Made by a program: the position numbers and the translations under genes
The notes under the pieces: model-generated
Database searches by the model: none
Seen by the model: the letters and a program-made list of their open reading frames with translations, nothing else
Told to the model about the DNA's origin: nothing
Source of the DNA: an uncultured Thermomicrobiales bacterium
GTDB taxonomy: Bacteria; Chloroflexota; Chloroflexia; Thermomicrobiales; UBA6265
Assembly (NCBI GenBank): GCA_964244115.1
Contig: CAXTHM010000009.1
Location: 665 to 64,664 of the forward strand
Length of the DNA stretch: 64,000 bases
Direction of reading: 5' to 3'
In this document: one piece after another, positions 17,524-26,966 of the stretch
Position numbering within the stretch: position 1 is the first letter of the stretch
How the letters are laid out: each line of letters begins with the position of its first letter

Positions 17524-18402
17524 ATGGCGACCATCACCAATCCCATCGCCGGGACCGCGCTCGACGCGGTCAGCCGCAAGCGCCGGGGCCGCCCGAGCAA
17601 CATCGCCAAGATGGTCTTCCTGACCGTGATGGCAGTGTTCTACCTGCTGCCGATCTACGTCGTCCTGATCACGAGCGTCAAGCAGATCGCCGAGGTCGGG
17701 ACCGCGACGATGTGGGAGCTGCCCACGACGATCTCGTGGGCGTCCTACCGGCAGGCCTGGGACAGCCTGAGCCCGAACCTGACCCAGAGCATCAAGCTCG
17801 TCATTCCGGCGACGATCCTGTCGGCCATCTTCGGGGCGCTGAACGGCTACATCCTGAGCAAGTGGAAGTTCCGCGGTTCGGACGTCCTCTTCACGGTGAT
17901 GCTGTTCGGGATGTTCATCCCCTACCAGGCGATCCTGATCCCGCTGATCCGCTTCCTGCAGCAGGTCGGCCTCTACAACTCGATCGCGGGCCTGATCATC
18001 GTCCACGTCGTCTACGGGCTGCCGATCACGACGCTGATCTTCCGCAACTTCTTCACGGCGATCCCCGGCGAGCTGATCGAGGCCGCCCGGGTCGATGGGG
18101 CCGGGCTGGTCGGCATCTTCATCCGGATCATGCTGCCGCTCTCGATCCCGGCCTTCGTGGTGGTCGGCATCTTCCAGTTCACCAACATCTGGAACGAGTT
18201 CCTCTTCGGCCTGACGATCATCACCAACCCGGCCGAGCAGCCGATCACCGTCGCCCTGAACAACCTCTCCGGGTCGTTCTCGGTCGACTGGAGCGCCGTC
18301 ATGGCCGGCTCCGTCCTCGCCGCCCTGCCGACGGCGCTGATCTACATCCTGCTCGGCCGCTTCTTCATCCGTGGGATGCTCGCCGGCTCCATGAAGGGGT
18401 AG
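17524..18402 (+). CDS. Carbohydrate ABC transporter permease (MalG/UgpE-like)
   Basis: EAA loop ELIEAARVDGAGLVGIFIRIMLPLSIPA in a multi-TM protein. Confidence 0.88.
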   Translation: MATITNPIAGTALDAVSRKRRGRPSNIAKMVFLTVMAVFYLLPIYVVLITSVKQIAEVGTATMWELPTTISWASYRQAWDSLSPNLTQSIKLVIPATILSAIFGALNGYILSKWKFRGSDVLFTVMLFGMFIPYQAILIPLIRFLQQVGLYNSIAGLIIVHVVYGLPITTLIFRNFFTAIPGELIEAARVDGAGLVGIFIRIMLPLSIPAFVVVGIFQFTNIWNEFLFGLTIITNPAEQPITVALNNLSGSFSVDWSAVMAGSVLAALPTALIYILLGRFFIRGMLAGSMKG

Positions 18403-18428
18403 CCGCCGGACGCTCCGATCGGACGCAG

Positions 18429-18468
18429 GACGACCGCCGGGAAGGATCCCGGCGGTCGTCGCGTTTGC
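18429..18468 (+). terminator. Terminator hairpin after the ABC operon
   Basis: gacgaccgccggg aaggat cccggcggtcgtc followed by gcgtttgcg. Confidence 0.65.
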
Positions 18469-18492
18469 GATGGCTCCCGGATCAGACCGTCG

Positions 18493-19125
18493 TCAGACCG
18501 CTGGCAGCCAGGCCCGCTCGACGCCGAGCGTCGTCGGGTCGCCGTGGCCGTTGTAGACCGTAACGCCATCGGGCAGCGCCGCGAGTTTGCGGAGCGACCT
18601 GTCCATCGCGTCGGCGTCCGCGCCGGGCACATCGAGCGTCCCGTGGCCACCGGGGAAGATGACGTCCCCGCTGAGGAGGACCGCCTCCTCCGGCTGATAG
18701 AGGGCGATGTGGGCCGGCTCGTGTCCCGGCGTGAACAGGACCTCGAAGCGGGTCCGACCAAGGAAGACCAGGTCGCCCTCGTCGATCGCCTGGTCCGGCA
18801 GCAGGCTGGCCGGTCCGAAATCGACGCCCTCGACGGGAAAGAGCGAGGTCCTCGCATTGGTCAGTCGCGGGCGGGCTCCGGGATGGGCTGCGATCGGGAC
18901 GCCGGTCAGTTCCCGCAGCACATTGGCATCGGCGAAGTGGTCCCAGTGCGGATGCGTGATCACGATCCGGGTGAGCGTCAGGCCGTACATGCGCAAGGCA
19001 CCGGCGATGGTCGTCGCCGTGCCGGGCGGCACATCGACGACCATCGCCTGGCCCTCCTCATCACTGACGAGGAAGCTGTTGGTCGCGAGCGGCCCACCCG
19101 TGAAGGTCCTGATTCGCAGCGTCAT
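18493..19125 (-). CDS. MBL-fold metallo-hydrolase (glyoxalase II-like thioesterase)
   Basis: ITHPHWDHF metal motif, TPGHEPAHI, GHGD. It lies directly downstream of the MscR-like dehydrogenase. Confidence 0.85.
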   Translation of the reverse strand: MTLRIRTFTGGPLATNSFLVSDEEGQAMVVDVPPGTATTIAGALRMYGLTLTRIVITHPHWDHFADANVLRELTGVPIAAHPGARPRLTNARTSLFPVEGVDFGPASLLPDQAIDEGDLVFLGRTRFEVLFTPGHEPAHIALYQPEEAVLLSGDVIFPGGHGTLDVPGADADAMDRSLRKLAALPDGVTVYNGHGDPTTLGVERAWLPAV

Positions 19126-19177
19126 CGATCTCCCCCCACCGCCTCGATGCTCGTGCACCGGTCGAGCCGTCGTAGCC

Positions 19178-20275
19178 CTACGCCATCACGATGACGCTGC
19201 GCAGCGTCTCGCCGCGCTCCATGGCGTGGAAGGCCTCTTCGGTCTCGTCGAGCGTGATCGTCCGGGTCACCATCCGGTCGAGATCGAGCTTGCCCTGCGC
19301 GTACCAGTCTGCCAGGATCGGGAAGTCCCGCGTCGGCAGGCAGTCGCCATACCAGGAGATGCTGAGCTTTCCGCCCCGGTCGAAGAACTGGGCGACCGGG
19401 AGGTTCAGCATCGCCTCCCTGTTCGCGACCCCGACCACGACGCAGCGGCCCGCCAGATCCCGCGACCAGAGCGCCGTCTCGATCGTCCGGGGCGAACCGA
19501 CGGCCTCGATCGCGACGTTGACACCGAACCCGCCGGTGATCGCCTTGATCGCCTCGACCGCGTCGCCATCGTTCGGGTTGACGGTGTGCGTGGCCCCGAA
19601 CTCCCTCGCCCACTCCAGCTTCCGTGCGTCGAGGTCGACCGCGATGATCGTCGTCGCGCCGGCGATCTTCGCGCCCATGATGGCGGAGTCCCCGACGCCC
19701 CCGCAGCCGATCACCGCGACCGACTCGCCCGGCCGGACGCCGCCGGCGTACAGCGCCGCGCCGATGCCGGTCATGACGCCGCAGCCGATCAGGCTCATCT
19801 GGGCCGGTGGCAGCTCGTCGCTGACCGGGATGCACTGGTGCGAGTGGACGACCGTGTGCGTGCAGAACGTGCCGATCCCGAGGACCGGGGTGAGCTGGAT
19901 GCCGTCGTGGGTCCGCATCCGGGGCTGCGCGTTGAGCGAATTGGCGCAGAACGCGAGGTCGCCCCGCAGGCAGAACCGGCACTCGCCGCACGGCGCCCGC
20001 CAGGCGAGGATGACGAAGTCGCCCTCCTTGACATTGGTGACGCCCTCGCCGAGTCGCTCGATGATGCCGCTGCCCTCGTGGCCGAGCAGCCACGGGAACG
20101 GCTCGGTGCCGAAGAGGCCGTTCTTCGCGGACAGATCGGTGTGGCAGACGCCACTGGCGAGGATCCGGACCAGGACCTCGTTCGGCCCCGGCGGGTCGAT
20201 CAGGAACTCCTCGACGACGCCCGGCTGGCCGGGTTCCCGGGAGATGACGCCGCGCGCCGTGATGGTCTCAGCCAT
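19178..20275 (-). CDS. Class III Zn-dependent alcohol dehydrogenase, S-(hydroxymethyl)mycothiol/glutathione dehydrogenase-like
   Basis: GVCHTDL, LLGHEGSGIIE, CGECRFCL, GCGGVGDSAI, SWYGDCLPTRDFP and LRSVIVMA closely follow my recollection of the MscR/AdhC pattern. Confidence 0.85.
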   Translation of the reverse strand: MAETITARGVISREPGQPGVVEEFLIDPPGPNEVLVRILASGVCHTDLSAKNGLFGTEPFPWLLGHEGSGIIERLGEGVTNVKEGDFVILAWRAPCGECRFCLRGDLAFCANSLNAQPRMRTHDGIQLTPVLGIGTFCTHTVVHSHQCIPVSDELPPAQMSLIGCGVMTGIGAALYAGGVRPGESVAVIGCGGVGDSAIMGAKIAGATTIIAVDLDARKLEWAREFGATHTVNPNDGDAVEAIKAITGGFGVNVAIEAVGSPRTIETALWSRDLAGRCVVVGVANREAMLNLPVAQFFDRGGKLSISWYGDCLPTRDFPILADWYAQGKLDLDRMVTRTITLDETEEAFHAMERGETLRSVIVMA

Positions 20276-20450
20276 GTCTTCGTCCTGTCCCCGCTTGCGG
20301 GCATGAGCCGGTCAGACCTGACCGGAGCGATGAGGTGGATCGACCTCGATCACGTCGACGTTTCCGCAGGCATCGTACCGGGCAGACCGGGGATAGGGAA
20401 GTCAGCTTCGGCAGTGTCACCGATGGCGACCAGCCGGGACGGGGCGATCG

Positions 20451-21431
20451 TCAATCGATCGCGGCCGTGTCGATCGGCGTCAGGAGCGGCCGGCCGGCGA
20501 GGAATGCCCGGATGTTCTCCATGAGCAGGCCGGTCATGATCCGCACCGGCTCCGGCCCCCGACCGGCCATGTGCGGCGTCAGGACGACGTCATCCAGGGC
20601 CAGCAGATCCTCCGGGATGGCTGGCTCCCCTTCCACCACGTCGAGCGCGGCACCGAGGATCGTCCCGGCCCGGAGCGCCGTGATCAGCGCTGCGGTGTCG
20701 ACGATGCTCCCTCGCCCGATGTTGACGAGGAAGCCGTCCGGGCCGAGCGCCCCGAGCACCTCCGCGTCGACCAGGTGCCGGGTAGCGGCGCCACCCGGCG
20801 CGGCGACGACGAGGAAGTCCGACCACTCCGCCAGTTCCGTCAACGAGTCGACGAACCGGAACGGGCTCTCAGGTTTCGGCTGGCGGCCGAAGTAGGCCAC
20901 CGGCATCTCGAAGCCGAAGTGAGCCCGGTTGGCGATCTTGGTCCCGATGCTCCCCAGCCCGACGATGCCGAGGCGCTTGCCGAAGACACCGCGCCGCCGG
21001 GGCAGGAACGGGTAGCCGGCCCCACCCGCCGCGAACAGGGGCCAGTCACCCGCCCGCACCATCGCATCCGCCGGCACGATCCCACCGGCGATGGCAAGCA
21101 TCAGCCCCAGCGTGTGATCGGCGACGGCGTGGTCATTGGTTCCCCGGCCATTCGATACGACGACTCCGCGGGACCCCGCGGCTGCGAGGTCGATCCCCTC
21201 GAACCCGACGCCGATGGCGCAGATCAGCTCAACGTGAGGCAGTGCCGCCAGCTCAGGGGCCTTGAGACCACCCTCACCGTTGGTGATGACGATCCGCGCC
21301 GCCGTCCCCTGCTCGATGATCGCCGCCCGGCTCCCGACATCGTCCAGGCAGATGAGCAGGTGCCCGTCGCCTTCGAGCGCGGCCCGAACGACCGCGGGGA
21401 GATGGATGAAGACCGCGATCGTCACACCCAT
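20451..21431 (-). CDS. D-isomer-specific 2-hydroxyacid dehydrogenase (NAD-binding)
   Basis: GIVGLGSIGTKIA Rossmann motif, NIGRGSIVD, LTPHMAG. The start MGVTIAV follows a GGAG SD. Confidence 0.88.
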   Translation of the reverse strand: MGVTIAVFIHLPAVVRAALEGDGHLLICLDDVGSRAAIIEQGTAARIVITNGEGGLKAPELAALPHVELICAIGVGFEGIDLAAAGSRGVVVSNGRGTNDHAVADHTLGLMLAIAGGIVPADAMVRAGDWPLFAAGGAGYPFLPRRRGVFGKRLGIVGLGSIGTKIANRAHFGFEMPVAYFGRQPKPESPFRFVDSLTELAEWSDFLVVAAPGGAATRHLVDAEVLGALGPDGFLVNIGRGSIVDTAALITALRAGTILGAALDVVEGEPAIPEDLLALDDVVLTPHMAGRGPEPVRIMTGLLMENIRAFLAGRPLLTPIDTAAID

Positions 21432-22164
21432 GGGTTCGCTCCGGTGGAGAACGGGAGTCGTCGGAACGCTCCAGCCTCGATGTCTGCCTCGCTCTCGCCG
21501 TGGCCGCACGGATCGTGACTGGTCGGTGACGAAAGCGCAACGGGCAGTATCTCTGATCACGAGCGATGACTGGACGATCTCGATGCCCGTCGAAACGCGA
21601 AGCACAACGATACCGCCGTCCCGTTTCTAGGGCGGCAGGGCTCGCGTGGCCGACACGCGCTAGTCGTAGTGGCGGTCCGGAATGCTGGCCGGGCGGCGGC
21701 GCTCGCGTGGCCAATACGGAGCAGCATGGGTCAGCGGGCGAATTGGCTGCGATCATGCCGATGCCGCCGCGACGCAGCGCTGATGGATCGGCGGCTAATC
21801 GTGTCGAGCTGGGACGATGCCGGAAGCACCGGTTGGGACGGCAAGCATCGCGATCGACGCGATCAGGCTCATGGTCAGGCCGGGAAGCGCCGTCTTGCGG
21901 CACCCGTCACCGGTTGTGAGCCGAAGACGATCATCGATCCGGTTCGCAAATGACGACGGCCACGGCGGCCGGGACAGCCGGTGATCGAGATGTCGCATTC
22001 CGCCGTCGGGCTCACATCCTCCCGATGGTGGTACGGCTCGGCCCACCGGCCGGATCCGAGACATCGGTGAGATGTATGAAACGATCTCGAACCCTCGGAG
22101 CCATCGATGCGGGTCGAAAACGCGGAACGCCAAGCTTGGATGCCCGGCGTTGTCTCGATGCGGA

Positions 22165-22240
22165 TGGAGCGGGTGATCGGATTCGAACCGACGACATTCT
22201 GCTTGGGAAGCAGACACTCTGCCAACTGAGTTACACCCGC
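22165..22240 (-). tRNA. tRNA-Gly (anticodon CCC), CCA encoded
   Basis: Reverse complement gcgggtgtaactcagttggcagagtgtctgcttCCCaagcagaatgtcgtcggttcgaatccgatcacccgctcca. Confidence 0.9.
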
Positions 22241-22393
22241 GTTGGAGAAGAGTGTATCACAGGATTCCGTCCCGTCCAGCGTACTCAGAAACCGGCCAGG
22301 CGTTACGATCGGCTCGGTGCGAATCCCGAATCGGGCGCGGCTCCGACCATCGGTGGACCAGCCCACCAGGTCGCTGGATCGATCAGCGAGTGT

Positions 22394-22422
22394 TTGACGG
22401 CGCCAGCGCCCGCCGCTATACT
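22394..22422 (+). promoter_or_regulatory. Promoter TTGACG-N17-TATACT for the tRNA-Ala pair
   Basis: ttgacg (22394-22399) and tatact (22417-22422), 12 nt upstream of the tRNA 5' end. Confidence 0.65.
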
Positions 22423-22434
22423 CCGCCTGTTCCC

Positions 22435-22507
<73 letters not shown>

Positions 22508-22552
22508 CCCCTTCCCGGAACCATCAATCGAATCTCGATGCGCGCCAGCACC

Positions 22553-22628
22553 GGGGGCTTAGCTCAGCTGGTAGAGCGCAGCGTTTGCAACGCTGATGTC
22601 AGGAGTTCGAGTCTCCTAGCCTCCACCA
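22553..22628 (+). tRNA. tRNA-Ala (anticodon TGC), CCA encoded
   Basis: Acceptor gggggct/agcctcc with G3.U70; loop ttTGCaa. Confidence 0.9.
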
Positions 22629-22658
22629 TCCGACGGACGCGCGGGCGAGATCTCGACA

Positions 22659-22698
22659 AGCAGCGCGGCCGGACGATCTCTCGCCCGGCCGCGCTGCT
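22659..22698. terminator. 14-bp hairpin between the tRNA-Ala genes and the ftsH 3' end
   Basis: agcagcgcggccgg acgatctctcgc ccggccgcgctgct. Confidence 0.6.
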
Positions 22699-22713
22699 CG
22701 TTCCCATCAGACG

Positions 22714-24699
<1,986 letters not shown>

Positions 24700-24910
24700 C
24701 CATTCCTCCGCTAACTACCCCCGGCGACCTGGCGTGCGAACCGGTGTTCTGGGCTGGGGCGTCACGAAGTATACGACGGGCCGACGTGCCATAACGACCG
24801 CGCATTGTCAACTGATCGTGACACTCTCGGGTGCCCGATCCCGGACTCGACGGGCGACCCGCTGCTCCGGTCGGTCAGGTGGCCGGCGCCCCCATCGGCG
24901 AGTGCCGGGG

Positions 24911-25540
24911 CTACTCCTCGCGGTGGATCGACGTCGGTTCGTCGAATACGCCGGGGTTCAGGATGGCAACGTACGGCAGGTTTCGGTAGTGCCCGGCGTA
25001 GTCGAGCCCGTAGCCGACGACGAACTCGTCCGGGATGTCGAACCCGACTAGGTCGACCGGGACCTCGACGGCGTCGGGCTTGGGGTGCTTGCGTAGGAGG
25101 GCCACGACCTTGATGTCAGCCGGCGCCCGGCGCTCCAGGAGGTCGAGCAGGTACTGGAGCGTCAGCCCGGTGTCGATGATGTCCTCGACGACGACGATCC
25201 GACGGCCCGAGATCTCATGGTTGAGGTCCTTCAGGATGCGGACGACGCCGGAGCTCCGGGTGGCGGCGCCGTAGCTGGAGACCGCCATGAACTCGATCTC
25301 CAGCGGCACGGTCATCGCCCGCATCAGATCGGTCAGGAAGGTGACCGCTCCGGTCAGGACGCCGACCAGCAGCGGGACGTCGCCGTGGCCGGGGACGGGA
25401 TGGTGGCCCGCCGCCGGGCGGTACCACTCGTCCAGTTCGGCGGCCAGTTCGGCGATCCGGCGCTGGATGGTCGCCTCGTCCAGCATGATGCTGGCGACGC
25501 CATGGGCTCGGGACTGGTCGTTGGCTGACGATTCCGGCAT
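24911..25540 (-). CDS. hpt: Hypoxanthine phosphoribosyltransferase
   Basis: PRPP motif IVVVEDIIDTGLTL and DEFVVGYGLDYAGHYRNLPYV. The start MPESS follows a GGAGAG SD. Confidence 0.9.
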   Translation of the reverse strand: MPESSANDQSRAHGVASIMLDEATIQRRIAELAAELDEWYRPAAGHHPVPGHGDVPLLVGVLTGAVTFLTDLMRAMTVPLEIEFMAVSSYGAATRSSGVVRILKDLNHEISGRRIVVVEDIIDTGLTLQYLLDLLERRAPADIKVVALLRKHPKPDAVEVPVDLVGFDIPDEFVVGYGLDYAGHYRNLPYVAILNPGVFDEPTSIHREE

Positions 25541-25592
25541 CGGGCAGGCTCTCCGCGAGGGTCGCAAACGGACCGCGATTGAGGGTCGCAGT

Positions 25593-26681
25593 CTACCGGT
25601 TCCGCGGGAAGTCGCTCGTGCCCGATGACCGGACCGTCAGCAGATCACCATCCCCGCTCACGGTGAAGCCCGCACCGACCTCGATCGACCAGCGGCTGTC
25701 ATCACCACCGGCCAGCTCCCGGAGCGCCTCGACCCGTTCCAGCGAGAGTTCCAGGCCTGGGGCGTTGGCGAGCAGCCAGCCCCGCAGGACGCGCCGGGCG
25801 ATGGCGACGGGCTGGACGGCCAACACGGACCGCGAGAGTCGCCGGGCGGGATCGGTCGCCGCGATCAGGGCCGTACCCGCGATGACGTCGAGCAGATCGC
25901 TCTCCTCGGCGGCGATCCGGGCGAACCGGTTCAGCGCCTCGACGGAGCCGGGAACGATCCGTTCGGCCTCGGGGAGCAGGTGGTGCCGGACCGCGTTGCG
26001 CCGGTACCGATCGGAGCGGTTCGTCGGGTCCTCGACGGGGCGGAGATCGGGGCGACGGGTCGCGAGGTAGTCCCCGATCTCGCTCCGGCGCGTGTCGAGG
26101 AGCGGCCGAACGACCGTCAGGCGCGTCGGAGGACGGATCGGCGATGAGTCCCACCAGGGAACCATGAGGCTCGTGACGGCGCGCATCCCGCCGGCACCGG
26201 CCCCCCCACTTCCCCGAAGGAGGTGCAACAGCACAGTCTCGGCCTGGTCGTCGGCATGGTGACCGGTGACGAGGCTACCGCCGACCGCCCCCACGAATGT
26301 CGCCCCAGCCCGGTAACGTTCGCGACGCGCGGCCTCCTCGATCCCGACGCCGGGATGGCGGCCAGCAAGCCCAGGTTCGAGACGCTCGACATGGAGCGGG
26401 ACGCCGAGGTCCGCGGCCAGTTCCTCGGCCCGAGCCGCGTCGAGGCCGGAATCGGGACGGAGGCGATGATCGACGTGGATGGCGAGGAGGTCACGGTCGA
26501 GCAGCGACCGGATCTGGCCGAGGATCAGCAGCAGGGCCAGCGAGTCCGGACCCCCGGAGAAACCGACGACGAGCGGACCGGCGGGCAGGGAAGGCCCGAC
26601 CTGACGGAGCCCGGCGAGTGTCCTCTGCTCGAGCCCGTGGTTACCGCGGCCGGAAACGACCGAGCGGTCGCGACGGGTCAT
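25593..26681 (-). CDS. tilS: tRNA(Ile)-lysidine synthase
   Basis: PP-loop VGFSGGPDSLALL and HVDHRLRPDS. It forms the conserved tilS-hpt-ftsH order. Confidence 0.9.
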   Translation of the reverse strand: MTRRDRSVVSGRGNHGLEQRTLAGLRQVGPSLPAGPLVVGFSGGPDSLALLLILGQIRSLLDRDLLAIHVDHRLRPDSGLDAARAEELAADLGVPLHVERLEPGLAGRHPGVGIEEAARRERYRAGATFVGAVGGSLVTGHHADDQAETVLLHLLRGSGGAGAGGMRAVTSLMVPWWDSSPIRPPTRLTVVRPLLDTRRSEIGDYLATRRPDLRPVEDPTNRSDRYRRNAVRHHLLPEAERIVPGSVEALNRFARIAAEESDLLDVIAGTALIAATDPARRLSRSVLAVQPVAIARRVLRGWLLANAPGLELSLERVEALRELAGGDDSRWSIEVGAGFTVSGDGDLLTVRSSGTSDFPRNR

Positions 26682-26733
26682 GGCGGTCGACCTGCTGTCT
26701 GGGGAAGGGTGGATCGGGCAACCATTTTGGGGG

Positions 26734-26805
26734 TGCCGACGGGTGGAATCGAACCACCGGCCAAGGGCTTATGAGTCCCTTGCTCTGCCGCTGAGCTACG
26801 TCGGC
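26734..26805 (-). tRNA. tRNA with CAT anticodon (elongator Met or lysidine-dependent Ile2; not distinguishable by eye)
   Basis: Reverse complement gccgacgtagctcagcggcagagcaagggactCATaagcccttggccggtggttcgattccacccgtcggca. Confidence 0.85.
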
Positions 26806-26924
26806 GCGTGGCGGTCGACGACCGCGACCACGGCCGGAAAGGGTACGGGACGTCTACCGGATCGTCAAGGTCAGCCGTGGGCTGGCTCCCCACCGATCGA
26901 ATCGGTCCGGCGGCGACGTGATGC

Positions 26925-26930
26925 TAGACT
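26925..26930 (+). promoter_or_regulatory. -10 box TAGACT (preceded by TGC) upstream of pcrA
   Basis: atgcTAGACTccatggGTG. The GTG at 26937 lies 6 nt downstream, so a leaderless start is possible. Confidence 0.4.
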
Positions 26931-26966
26931 CCATGGGTGAGAACAGCCGTCTTTGGAGGCAACCCC

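Noticed and set aside
26937-26952. SOS-box-like gAGAACagccGTCTt just downstream of the pcrA -10 box.
   Set aside because: The left half-site is good, but the right half matches only 2 of 6 positions of TGTTCG. I treat it as a half-site at best and do not call it a LexA operator.
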